Positions 9,184 to 18,445 of a stretch of 64,000 bases of DNA are shown piece by piece (within the stretch, counting starts at the first letter, position 1; every line of letters begins with the position of its first letter). The position numbers and the translations under genes were made by a program. The notes below the pieces were generated by a model. That model saw only the letters and a list, made by a program, of their open reading frames with translations, had not been told where the DNA came from and searched no databases. Origin of the DNA: Vulcanimicrobiota bacterium (GTDB lineage: Bacteria > Vulcanimicrobiota > Vulcanimicrobiia > Vulcanimicrobiales > Vulcanimicrobiaceae); assembly GCA_027459645.1 (NCBI GenBank), contig DAIDHQ010000021.1:14151-78150 (forward strand), read 5' to 3'.

Positions 9184-10019
9184 TGTCGTTGCGCTGCGGC
9201 CGCATCATTTACACGAACGATCTGCCGGTCTATGCGGCATTCGATCGCGGCGTGATCGAATATCCCGGTACCCTGCACGCGGACGTGCCGGCGAAGCTGA
9301 ACGCGATGCTGGTCGGCGGCGAGCTCGATCTTAGCCCCATTAGCGCGTTTGCGTGGGCAAAGCATGCCGACGAACTGGTGCTTCTTCCCGATCTGTGCAT
9401 CGGGGCACGCGACGAAGTGGTTTCCGTCGTCTTGGTCTCGCAAACGCCGCCCGCGCTGCTCGACGGTGCGCGTATCGCCCTGACCGGTGAATCGGCGAGC
9501 GGACGCAACCTGCTTCGCGTCGTGCTGGAACGCCGCTACGGCGTGCTTCCGAAATACGAAGAGTCCGCGGATCCCCTCGCCGCGGCGCACGCGGGCGATG
9601 CGGCGCTGCTGATCGGCGATTCGGCGATCGACGCGCTCGAGCGATTCCCGCGCGAACACGTCTACGACCTCGGCACGCTGTGGCACGAATGGACCGGCGC
9701 GCAGACGGTATTCGCGGTTTGGGCCGCGCGACGCGATGCCTACGAACGCGATGCCGAAGCGATTCGCGAGTGCATGCACGCGCTGACCGACGCATATACG
9801 TGGTCGCGCTCGCACATGGACGCGGTTATCGCAGACGCGCAACGCGCGCACGCGCGCCGGGCCGGTTTCTACGAAACCTACTACGGCAAGCTCAATTTTA
9901 CGTTCCACTCGGCGGCGCAGCGCGGCCTCGCAACCTATTGCCGCGAACTGGCGGCGATCGGCGCGATCGATCGCGTGCCGTCGTCGCTCCCGGAGGTCAT
10001 CGGTGTCGTCTCTCGCTAG
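9183..10019 (+). CDS. mqnA: Chorismate dehydratase (menaquinone via futalosine, step 1)
   Basis: GRIIYTNDLPVY...PAKLNAMLVGGELDLSPISAF...DAALLIGDSAID...VYDLGTLWHEWTG is the typical MqnA pattern. The GTG start overlaps the mqnE stop. Confidence 0.75.
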   Translation: MSLRCGRIIYTNDLPVYAAFDRGVIEYPGTLHADVPAKLNAMLVGGELDLSPISAFAWAKHADELVLLPDLCIGARDEVVSVVLVSQTPPALLDGARIALTGESASGRNLLRVVLERRYGVLPKYEESADPLAAAHAGDAALLIGDSAIDALERFPREHVYDLGTLWHEWTGAQTVFAVWAARRDAYERDAEAIRECMHALTDAYTWSRSHMDAVIADAQRAHARRAGFYETYYGKLNFTFHSAAQRGLATYCRELAAIGAIDRVPSSLPEVIGVVSR

Positions 10020-11088
10020 TCTGCTCGAACGGGCGGCATCCGGCGGACGCTTGTCGTTCGAAGAAGGCGTGCGCCTTTACAAGGAAGGCGATCTGCACGA
10101 GCTGGGCATGGCGGCTCACGCGCGCCGCATGGCGATGCACCCCGGCAAGACCGTCACGTACGTCATCGACACGACGATCGACTATACGAACGTCTGCAAC
10201 GTGCACTGCACGTTCTGTGCGTTCTTTCGTCCCGAACATCACGCCGAAGGACGGACGCTCGATCACGATCAGGTGATCGCGCGCGTGAAGAAGGCCGCGG
10301 ATCTGGGCGCGACGCAGATCATGATTCAGGGCGGCGTCAATCCGGAACTGCCTTTGACGTGGTTCGAGGAACTCTTCGCACGGGTCCGCCGCGAATTTCC
10401 GAACGTCGACATCCACTCGCTTTCGGTTTCTGAAGTCACCGGGCTTGCAAAGATCGAGAACCTTACGCCGCGCCAAGTCCTGGAACGGTTACAAGCGGCG
10501 GGATTGAAATCGCTCCCCGGAGCGGGCGCCGAGATCCTCGTGGAACGGGTGCGCAAACGCATATCGGCGCGCAAGGTGACGCCGCCGGAGTGGCTGGATG
10601 TCATGCGCCAAGCCCATCTGCTGGGCATGCGCACGACGGCGACGATGATGTACGGCTCGATCGAGACGATCGAGGAACGCATCGAGCATATGCACGTCCT
10701 GCGCGAACTGCAAGACGAAACGGGCGGCTTTACCGCGTTTATTCCGTGGTTCTACGTGCCGTTCAAGACGCCGCTGCGCGGCAAAGAAGCGACGGCGCTC
10801 GAGTATCTGCGGGTGCTCGCCGTCTCCCGACTCTACCTCGACAACTTTTCGCACCTTCAGGCGTCGTGGCTGACGCCGGGACTCAAGCTCGGCCAGCTCG
10901 CGCTCTTCTACGGCTGCGACGACATGGGCGGCGTAATCATCGAGGATCGCGTGGTTCGAGATGCCGGCGCCAACAACGACGCGACGCGGCACGATCTCGA
11001 ACGCGCGATCATCGGAGCCGGCTTTATTCCGGCGATTCGCGATACGTATTGGAATCCACGTCCGGAAATGATGCTCGCGACCGCTTAA
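10003..11088 (+). CDS. mqnC: Radical SAM enzyme of the futalosine pathway, probably cyclic dehypoxanthinyl futalosine synthase
   Basis: DYTNVCNVHCTFCAFFRP cluster followed by GATQIMIQGGVNPELP. Overlaps the mqnA 3' end by 17 nt. Confidence 0.65.
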   Translation: MSSLASLLERAASGGRLSFEEGVRLYKEGDLHELGMAAHARRMAMHPGKTVTYVIDTTIDYTNVCNVHCTFCAFFRPEHHAEGRTLDHDQVIARVKKAADLGATQIMIQGGVNPELPLTWFEELFARVRREFPNVDIHSLSVSEVTGLAKIENLTPRQVLERLQAAGLKSLPGAGAEILVERVRKRISARKVTPPEWLDVMRQAHLLGMRTTATMMYGSIETIEERIEHMHVLRELQDETGGFTAFIPWFYVPFKTPLRGKEATALEYLRVLAVSRLYLDNFSHLQASWLTPGLKLGQLALFYGCDDMGGVIIEDRVVRDAGANNDATRHDLERAIIGAGFIPAIRDTYWNPRPEMMLATA

Positions 11089-11102
11089 TGCGTCGCGCGG
11101 CC

Positions 11103-12152
11103 TTAGGAACGACGGCGGTGCTTCGGTAGACCGTCCTGCTCGATCGCAGCTTCGATACAGAAACGCAGCGCGGTGAGCGACGTGCTTTCCAGCGGATGTT
11201 CCCAGCGCGCTGTGAACGAGTCGCCGCCGAGCTTGAAGGTCGCGAACCCTTTGTCGACGTCCATCTGCACCGAGGGCCGCGCGGGTATCGTCGAGCGCGT
11301 GACCTCCGCGCCGAATGCGTCGAGAAGGATTGCGCGGAGGATCCCGACGCGTTCGTGGTGCGAGCGCGCGCGGCCGAGCGTCGTCAGTTGCCCGGCCGTC
11401 TTGATCATTCTCGACTCATAGTTTTCGGCCGAGGGGTCTCCGCTCGAAGTAAGACGGCGCTCCAGCGTTACGACGGCCTCGATTCTCGAGTCGCTGCGCA
11501 CCGCGTGGGCGCGAAATTCGATAAGCTCGGGCTTTCCCGACGCGGCGAGCTCGGCATAGAATTCGTGCACCTCGCCGCCCTTCTCGAGGGTCTCGCGAAC
11601 GGTCGCGTTCGTTTCCCATAACTCGGGCAGTCGCGGCCGCGCGCGCCGGTAGGCTTCGTCGTTCTCGTACGACAGCGCGAGCCCGTCGCCGTCCGGTTCG
11701 TACAGGGCAATCGCGTCGGACGATTGTTCGGTGGCGGCGAAGAGGAGCGCTACCTGGGAGAGGCTTCTGCGGCGTAGCGTTATGTCGCGTGCGATCGTCA
11801 GACGGTACTCTACCGCCGATCCGTCTCGAAATTGTTTGCCGACGAATTCGATCCAAAAATCGCTCTCGTCTCGTTTGCGTGCCAACGCCTCTCGGCTATT
11901 CGGCGCCCCTTCGGCAAGGGCGCGTCTGATCGATGCCACCAGTTGCGGCGGATTGCGGGGAGAAAGAAAAAAATCGTAGGTCTTTCCGACGATTTCTTCT
12001 CTGGAAAATCCGCTTGCGTCGAGATACGACTGGTTGACGTAGAGAATCCGCGGGCCGCCTTCCGCGACGGGCGTGTCGTCGGAAACGATGACGAAATCGG
12101 CGGCTTCGTCGAGTGCCGCGACGAGGACCCGATCCTCGAGCGGCCTATTCAT
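11103..12152 (-). CDS. PAS-domain sensory protein (349 aa)
   Basis: N-terminal PAS (FVIVSDD...ILYVNQSYLDASGFSREEIVGKTYDFF) and a second PAS-like segment. Start set at ATG 12152, because the longer ORF overlaps the mnmA 3' end. Confidence 0.7.
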   Translation of the reverse strand: MNRPLEDRVLVAALDEAADFVIVSDDTPVAEGGPRILYVNQSYLDASGFSREEIVGKTYDFFLSPRNPPQLVASIRRALAEGAPNSREALARKRDESDFWIEFVGKQFRDGSAVEYRLTIARDITLRRRSLSQVALLFAATEQSSDAIALYEPDGDGLALSYENDEAYRRARPRLPELWETNATVRETLEKGGEVHEFYAELAASGKPELIEFRAHAVRSDSRIEAVVTLERRLTSSGDPSAENYESRMIKTAGQLTTLGRARSHHERVGILRAILLDAFGAEVTRSTIPARPSVQMDVDKGFATFKLGGDSFTARWEHPLESTSLTALRFCIEAAIEQDGLPKHRRRS

Positions 12153-12201
12153 TGCACCACACCTGCGGTGAAAATTGGCGGAAGCGTCCGCGCAGACCTT
12201 G

Positions 12202-13278
12202 CTAGTGCGCGCTTCGAATCGTTGCCGCGCCCAAGACCTCGTCGCGTTCGTCGAGGAGAGCGACCAGCTGGCCCGGCGTGACGGCACGCAAGGGTTCGTC
12301 GAACGCGAGCTTCAGAACGCCGTCTTCAATTACGGCAACGGCAGCCGCCGGTTGTGCCCGGTAGCGCACCATCGCGCGCACCGGCGTGCCGTCCGAAGCG
12401 AATCGCTCCGGCCGGATGAGGTTGAGTTCGTCGGCGACGAGCGCGCGCGAATGAAGTTCGTCCTCGCGTCCGATCACGATCGTATTCGACGACGCGTCGA
12501 TGCGCGTTACGTATCGTGCGCCGTCGTTGTGCGCCGGCAAGCCCGCGCGCTGTCCGACGGTGAAGTTCGCGATGCCCGCGTGCCTTCCGACGATCTCGCC
12601 TTCGCTCGTACGTATCTCGCCTTCGCGAGCGATCGAAGGGCGTAAGCGCGCGAGCACGTCGCGGTAGTCGCCGCCTTCTACGAAGCAAATGTCTTGCGAT
12701 TCGGTTTTCTCGTGAACCGGCAGCCCCATGCGGCGCGCGTGATCGCGCGTCGTCGCTTTGTCGAATTCGCCGAGCGGCAGCATCAGTCGCTGCAACTGCG
12801 CGACGTTCAACTGCGCGAGCGCATACGATTGGTCTTTTGCATTTGCAGTGCGAAACAAGTGCGGCCCGTCGTCGCGATGCTCCAAGCGCGCATAATGCCC
12901 CGTCGCAACGTGCGACGCGCCGAGCCGGTCCGCGTATTCCGCGAGCGTGCCGAGCTTCACGAAGTTGTTGCAGGCGACGCAGGGATTCGGCGTGCGTCCC
13001 GCTTCATAGTCGTCGGCGAAGCGTTCCATGACGTTGCGCCGGAACGTCTCTTCGAAATTCAATACGTAGTGCGGGATGCCCAGCACCGCGGCGCTGCGCC
13101 GGGCGTCGTCGAAGTCGTCTATTCCGCAACAACTCTTCGCGTGCGGCGCGCGCGTGGGAGTATACATCTTCATCGTCACGCCGACGACGTCGTACCCTGC
13201 CTCGACGAGCAGTCCGGCAGCCACGGCGGAGTCGACGCCGCCGCTCATCGCAGCAATTACGCGGGGTTTGGGGCTCAT
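12202..13278 (-). CDS. mnmA: tRNA 2-thiouridine(34) synthase
   Basis: PP-loop [26 protein letters not shown] and HVATGHYAR motifs. Confidence 0.95.
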   Translation of the reverse strand: MSPKPRVIAAMSGGVDSAVAAGLLVEAGYDVVGVTMKMYTPTRAPHAKSCCGIDDFDDARRSAAVLGIPHYVLNFEETFRRNVMERFADDYEAGRTPNPCVACNNFVKLGTLAEYADRLGASHVATGHYARLEHRDDGPHLFRTANAKDQSYALAQLNVAQLQRLMLPLGEFDKATTRDHARRMGLPVHEKTESQDICFVEGGDYRDVLARLRPSIAREGEIRTSEGEIVGRHAGIANFTVGQRAGLPAHNDGARYVTRIDASSNTIVIGREDELHSRALVADELNLIRPERFASDGTPVRAMVRYRAQPAAAVAVIEDGVLKLAFDEPLRAVTPGQLVALLDERDEVLGAATIRSAH

Positions 13279-13325
13279 ACCGTTGCACAGGATAACAGGA
13301 GTAAGGGCCTAACTCAAAGCCCTTA

Positions 13326-14057
13326 ATGGCAGCGTTGGGTGAACGGTTTCGCGCGGCGCGTGAGGCTCGCGGGCTTTCCCTCTCCGATGTTGCCGAGCAG
13401 ATCCGCATTCGGTCGGTCTATCTCGGCGCCATCGAGGACGAGAACTGGAGCGCGATCGGAGCCCCCGTCTATACCCGGGGCTTCTTACGCACCTATGCGC
13501 GCTTCTTAGGGCTGGACCCCGAGGAAACCGTCGCCGAGTTCAACGCCCGCACCGGCTCGTCCGTGCCCGCGGCCCCCGGCAGCCCGGCCGTGGCAGGCGT
13601 CCAGGTGCCCGAGCGGAGCTCGGGCCGCCTCTCGCCGCTCATCTGGGTCGCATCGCTCGTTGCCGTCGTTCTGGTGGCCTTCGTCGCATACAACTTCTTC
13701 ACGCTGCGCGGGGGACAGACGCCTGCGCCGGTTGCCCAGGCCACGGCGACGCCGCTTCCTTCTAATAGCCCGGCGGCCTCGCCGTCGTCGTCGCCGTCAC
13801 CCGTTCCCTCGCCCGGGGCTGCGCTTGTTCGCACCCTGGAACTACGGGTCTCCGCTCCCTCTTGGATTAGGGTGGCGGTTGACGGCAATGTTAGCATGGA
13901 GGGTACGTTTCCGGCCGGAACCGCTCGTGTATTCCACGGGAAAAATGCGGTCGTGCTCATCGGAAATGCCGGCGGCGTCAGTCTGATCGTCGACGGCAAA
14001 AACCTTGGGCCGTTGGGCGCATCCGGCGACGTCATACAGCGCACATTTACCCTGTAG
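13326..14057 (+). CDS. rodZ: RodZ-like cytoskeleton protein (HTH, TM, Pro/Ser linker, DUF4115-like C-terminus)
   Basis: N-terminal Xre-type HTH (LGERFRAAREARGLSLSDVAEQIRIRSVYLGAIE), a single TM helix, an SP-rich linker and a beta-rich C-terminal domain. Confidence 0.8.
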   Translation: MAALGERFRAAREARGLSLSDVAEQIRIRSVYLGAIEDENWSAIGAPVYTRGFLRTYARFLGLDPEETVAEFNARTGSSVPAAPGSPAVAGVQVPERSSGRLSPLIWVASLVAVVLVAFVAYNFFTLRGGQTPAPVAQATATPLPSNSPAASPSSSPSPVPSPGAALVRTLELRVSAPSWIRVAVDGNVSMEGTFPAGTARVFHGKNAVVLIGNAGGVSLIVDGKNLGPLGASGDVIQRTFTL

Positions 14058-14087
14058 CGCGGATACTGACTAGGCAGAGGACTTACA

Positions 14088-14579
14088 TTGGCGAGCGAAG
14101 CTTCGTTCGATATCGTGTCGCGCATCGACCAGCAAGAGCTGGACAACGCGCTCAATCAAGCGCGTCGTGAGATCGAGAACCGGTTCGATTTCCGCAACTC
14201 GAAGACGTCGATCGAGAGCGACGACAAGAAGATCACGATCGTCTCCGACGACGAGTTGAAGATGAAGAACGTCATCGACGTTTTGGAGAGCAAAGCCGTC
14301 AAGCGCGGGATCGACATCAAGGCCTTCGACATCGGCGCACTCGAGCCGGCGGCGATGGGCACGGTCAGGCGCGTGATCACGCTGCGCAGCGGCATTCCGA
14401 AAGACAAGAGCAAGACGCTGATGGAGAAGATCAAGTCGCTCAAGCTCAAGGTCAACGCGCAATATCAGGACGAGCAGATCCGCGTTACCGGTAAGAGCCG
14501 TGACGATCTGCAAAAGGTCATCGCCGAACTCAAAGCGATGAACTTCGAACTTCCGCTTCAATTCACGAATTATAGGTAA
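14088..14579 (+). CDS. yajQ: YajQ-family nucleotide/c-di-GMP-binding protein (UPF0234)
   Basis: SFDIVSRIDQQELDNALNQARREIENRFDFRNSK is the diagnostic YajQ N-terminus. TTG start with GAGGA 6 nt upstream. Confidence 0.9.
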   Translation: MASEASFDIVSRIDQQELDNALNQARREIENRFDFRNSKTSIESDDKKITIVSDDELKMKNVIDVLESKAVKRGIDIKAFDIGALEPAAMGTVRRVITLRSGIPKDKSKTLMEKIKSLKLKVNAQYQDEQIRVTGKSRDDLQKVIAELKAMNFELPLQFTNYR

Positions 14580-14588
14580 TCCCGACCC

Positions 14589-15965
14589 ATGCCCTCCGTC
14601 TCGTTCGTCAGCTTAGGCTGCGCCAAAAATCTCGTCGATACCGAAGTGATGATCGCGAAGCTCGGCGCCGCCGGATACGAGCTTGCTCCCGACGCCGGGG
14701 AGGCCGATACGGTCGTCATAAACACGTGCGCCTTCATCGATCCCGCGAAAGCGGAATCGACGGAAACGATTCTGGAACACGCGCAGCGTAAGACGCCCGG
14801 CCAGCAACTGGTCGTAGCAGGCTGTCTGGCGCAGCGCTACGGCGAACAACTGCAGGCGCTGATCCCCGAGATCGACGGCGTCGTCGGAACCGGCGCATAC
14901 GCAAGCATCGTCGAATTGCTCGACGACGTGCAGGCGGGCCGCAAACCCGTGCGACTCGATTTCGAAGCGGAGCCCGAACACGATTTTCTTCCGCGCCTGA
15001 TCACGACGCCGCGCGCTACGGCGTACCTCAAAGTCGCCGAAGGCTGCGATCATCCGTGCACGTTCTGCATCATTCCTAAATTGCGCGGCGCGTTTCGCAG
15101 CCGCAGCATCGAATCGCTCGTCGCCGAAGCGCGAGCGCTTGCCGGCGCCGGGACGAAAGAACTCATTCTGATCGCCCAAGACACGTCAATGTACGGTCGG
15201 GACCGGGGCGCGCGCCGCGGCGGCTTGGCGCAGCTCCTGCGCGAGCTGCACGAGATCGACGGCATCGAATGGATTCGCCTGCTCTACCTGTATCCGGCGA
15301 CCGTCGACCGCGAACTGATCGATGCGATGGCCGAATTGCCGAAAGTCTGCAAGTACATGGACATGCCGCTGCAGCACGCGCACCCCGACGTGCTGCGCGC
15401 GATGCTTCGGCCGAGCAACGGCGAGCGGTATCTGGAGATCATCGATGACTTCCGCGAGCGCGTTGCGGGCATCACGATGCGATCGACCTTCATCGTCGGT
15501 TTCCCAGGCGAAACCGAGGAACACGTGCGATATCTCGAGGAGTGGATCGGCCGCGCGGAATTGGATCGGGTAGGCTTCTTTGAGTACAGCGCCGAGGAAG
15601 GCACGCCCGGTGCCGAACTGCCCGGCAAGGTTCCGGCTCGCGAGCGTCGCCGCCGGCTCGTGCGCCTTCGTGAAGCCCAGCGGCTCGCCTCCGAGCGCGC
15701 GCGCAGCCGTCGCCTCGGAACGACCGTCCGCGTGCTCGTCGAGGAGCAGCGAACGCTGCGCGCCTCCGATCCGTTTCGCGCCGCCCTTGGTGCACGGACG
15801 GTATGGTTCGGACGCTCGCAGGGCGAGGCGCCCGGCGTCGACGGCGGCATCTACTTCGCCGGCGAAACCGAACCCGGTGCGTTCGTCGACGTCACACTCG
15901 ACGGGCACGGACCGTTCGATTTCTTCGGCCACCTCACCGTCGCGGAGCTAACGAACGTTGGGTAA
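14589..15965 (+). CDS. rimO: Ribosomal protein S12 methylthiotransferase
   Basis: MTTase N-domain (VSLGCAKNLVDTE), radical SAM CDHPCTFCIIP and a C-terminal TRAM domain. Confidence 0.93.
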   Translation: MPSVSFVSLGCAKNLVDTEVMIAKLGAAGYELAPDAGEADTVVINTCAFIDPAKAESTETILEHAQRKTPGQQLVVAGCLAQRYGEQLQALIPEIDGVVGTGAYASIVELLDDVQAGRKPVRLDFEAEPEHDFLPRLITTPRATAYLKVAEGCDHPCTFCIIPKLRGAFRSRSIESLVAEARALAGAGTKELILIAQDTSMYGRDRGARRGGLAQLLRELHEIDGIEWIRLLYLYPATVDRELIDAMAELPKVCKYMDMPLQHAHPDVLRAMLRPSNGERYLEIIDDFRERVAGITMRSTFIVGFPGETEEHVRYLEEWIGRAELDRVGFFEYSAEEGTPGAELPGKVPARERRRRLVRLREAQRLASERARSRRLGTTVRVLVEEQRTLRASDPFRAALGARTVWFGRSQGEAPGVDGGIYFAGETEPGAFVDVTLDGHGPFDFFGHLTVAELTNVG

Positions 15966-17391
15966 ACATCTGCCGCCTCCGTCTCCACGCGACGAAGCCG
16001 TCATTGGAGTCCGAGCGCACTCGACGCCTCTTTGGCTTCGGCGTGCGGCGCTGGTGATCGGCCTGGTCCTCGTCGGCCTCGGTTCGGCGATCGCCGGTTT
16101 CTCCGTCTATCGCCACGAGAATCCCATCCAGATGGTTGCCGAGACCTTCGTGCCGTCGCCCCAACAGGTTTTCGGCAAGCAAAACATTCTCGTGCTGGTC
16201 GAAGGCCTCGATTACGACTACACGGCCAACGATATCGAGTTTTCGAAGAACTCTCGCAGCGACATCATAAAGGCGATCAATCTCCAGTTCGATCCCAAGG
16301 GTGTCTACGTGATCTCGGTGCTGCGCGACATGCTCGCGACCTATCCGAACGGCGCGCAGATGAAGATCAATCAAGCGCAGGCCGACGGCGGCGTGAAGGA
16401 AGCGCAGCAGGTCATCGCGTCGTTCCTCGGCGTCCCGGGATTCGACCGCTACGTGATCTTACGGATCGACGCGACAAAGGATTTGATCAACGCGATCGGC
16501 GGCATCAACGTCTATGTAAAAACGTCGGACTGTTTGGAGTACCACACCGGTTGTACGGGCGGCCGAATCGATTACGACGACAATTGGGGCCACCTGCACA
16601 TTCACTTCAAAGAAGGCATGCAGCATCTCAATGGGTCGCAAGCCGTCGCGTACGGCCGCTTTCGCCACGATTGGTGCAGCGATCCGTGCCGCGTGATGCG
16701 GCAGAACCAGATCATCCAAGCCGCGGTCGACAAGCTCAGGGGCGACAAGCTCAACACGCTCATCCACGCAGGCGATCTGATGAACGTTCTTCATAAAGAC
16801 GTAGAGACGAACTTTACCGACGGCGAGCTCTTCGCGTTGGCGTCGTATTTCTCCGGACTCTCCGTCTCCGACGTGCATTTCGCCACGACGCCCTATACCG
16901 GCGACGAAGAACTCGCCGACGGTGACGATCTGATTCCGGACAAGACGAAGATCGCCGCCATGGTGCAGAACATGCTGATCGCGCCGCCGACTCCGGAACC
17001 GTCCCCCGATGCGATGGCGCTGGCGGCGGTCGCACCGCAATCGATCCGCGTCGACGTGGAAAACGCGAGCGGCGTCGACGGCGCGGCAAAAGCCGTGGCC
17101 GATGCGTTGCACAAAGCCGGCTATCAGATCGGCATCGTCGGCAACGCTCCGAACGGCATTTCGTCAAAGACCGTAATTCAAGAACATTCGAACGTGCTTT
17201 TTGCCGGCGCGAAGGTGCGTTCGTCGCTGCCGCTCGCGGTTCAAAACGTGCCGATTAGCGGTGCACCCGTGCCGAGCGCCGCGCCTGCGTCCGGTTCGCC
17301 AGCGCAAAGCGACGTCACGCTCTTCGTCGGACGCGATCTGGCGACGGCTGCGCTCGCCAAGACGGCGGCCCCGTCGTCGGGTCCGCAGTAG
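15958..17391 (+). CDS. LytR-CpsA-Psr (LCP) family protein with a LytR_C domain
   Basis: N-terminal TM anchor, an LCP core (NILVLVEGLD...RSDIIKAINL...SVLRDM...KINQA...GGINVYV) and a C-terminal LytR_C-like segment (IRVDVENASGVDGAAKAVADAL). Confidence 0.85.
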   Translation: MGKHLPPPSPRDEAVIGVRAHSTPLWLRRAALVIGLVLVGLGSAIAGFSVYRHENPIQMVAETFVPSPQQVFGKQNILVLVEGLDYDYTANDIEFSKNSRSDIIKAINLQFDPKGVYVISVLRDMLATYPNGAQMKINQAQADGGVKEAQQVIASFLGVPGFDRYVILRIDATKDLINAIGGINVYVKTSDCLEYHTGCTGGRIDYDDNWGHLHIHFKEGMQHLNGSQAVAYGRFRHDWCSDPCRVMRQNQIIQAAVDKLRGDKLNTLIHAGDLMNVLHKDVETNFTDGELFALASYFSGLSVSDVHFATTPYTGDEELADGDDLIPDKTKIAAMVQNMLIAPPTPEPSPDAMALAAVAPQSIRVDVENASGVDGAAKAVADALHKAGYQIGIVGNAPNGISSKTVIQEHSNVLFAGAKVRSSLPLAVQNVPISGAPVPSAAPASGSPAQSDVTLFVGRDLATAALAKTAAPSSGPQ

Positions 17392-18213
17392 GTGCGGCGT
17401 TCGATGCAAATACTGATCGGCGCCGTATTCGCGGCCGTACTCGCTCTCGCGGGCTCGCTGTCGTTCAAGCACGCCACGCAGGCGACGCCCGCGCTCTTGA
17501 CGCCGGACATGAACGCAGCACATACGATCGGCGACGATCTGGGCGCGCGTTTCGATCGCTTCTCGCAATCCTTCTCGCATCGCGACGCCGTTCGGCCGAA
17601 GCTTATCGCGCTGACCTTCGACGACGGCCCCTATCCGATGTACACGCCGCTCTTGCTCGATGAATTGCGCACGCTGCACGTGAAGGCGACGTTCTTCTTG
17701 ATCGGACGCGATGCCGAGCAATGGCCGGAATTGACCCGCCGCATTCAGGAAGACGGCAACGAAATTGCCGATCACACCTATTCGCATCCGGATCTGGATC
17801 ACGAAAGCGTCGCGCAGGTGCAAGAAGAAGTGCTGCACGGCCGCAACGCGCTCTTGAAATTCGCGTCCGAACCATCGATTCGCGACTTGATGCGTCCGCC
17901 GCACGGGCGGTACACGCTGCAGACGCTCGAAGCGGTGCAGCGCCTCAACTACGAAGTGGTTTTGTGGACCGACGATCCGGGAGACTGGCGCACCGTGACG
18001 CCGGCGGAGATCGAAGCGCATATGTACCGCTATGCGACCACGCCCGAGATCGCTCTGCTCCACAGCGGCAAGCTGCCGACGATCCAGGCCCTCCCCCAAA
18101 TCGTGGCGCGTTTTCGTGCGGCGGGGTATACGTTTGTCACCGCCGGAGAATTGATTCGCCGCACCACGCCCTATGCGCTAAATCACGCGGCGCGTACCCC
18201 GCTCTCTTCCTAG
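17392..18213 (+). CDS. Polysaccharide deacetylase (NodB homology domain)
   Basis: LTFDDGP...ATFFLIG...IADHTYSHPDL motifs with an N-terminal signal/anchor. Confidence 0.9.
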   Translation: MRRSMQILIGAVFAAVLALAGSLSFKHATQATPALLTPDMNAAHTIGDDLGARFDRFSQSFSHRDAVRPKLIALTFDDGPYPMYTPLLLDELRTLHVKATFFLIGRDAEQWPELTRRIQEDGNEIADHTYSHPDLDHESVAQVQEEVLHGRNALLKFASEPSIRDLMRPPHGRYTLQTLEAVQRLNYEVVLWTDDPGDWRTVTPAEIEAHMYRYATTPEIALLHSGKLPTIQALPQIVARFRAAGYTFVTAGELIRRTTPYALNHAARTPLSS

Positions 18214-18229
18214 AACCAACGAGGTCCAG

Positions 18230-18445
18230 GTGCCCCGCCAAATCATCGATACCGAGTCGAGCCGCCCCGCCTACCAGCGTCGCCTAGCGATCCGCTGGGC
18301 GATCGTCGTGCTCCTCATCATCGTTGTCGTTTTTGTCGCATTGGAAATTTGGAAGGCCGGGGGGCACCACGCGGCCAACCTGGGACTGCTTTCCCCCGCA
18401 CACGGGGCGCTATCGGTATTTCATAGGAGAACGTATGCTGCGTAG
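18230..18445 (+). CDS. Possible small single-pass membrane protein (71 aa)
   Basis: One strong TM helix (WAIVVLLIIVVVFVALEIW). GTG start after a GAGG. No homology recognised, so it may be spurious. Confidence 0.3.
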   Translation: MPRQIIDTESSRPAYQRRLAIRWAIVVLLIIVVVFVALEIWKAGGHHAANLGLLSPAHGALSVFHRRTYAA

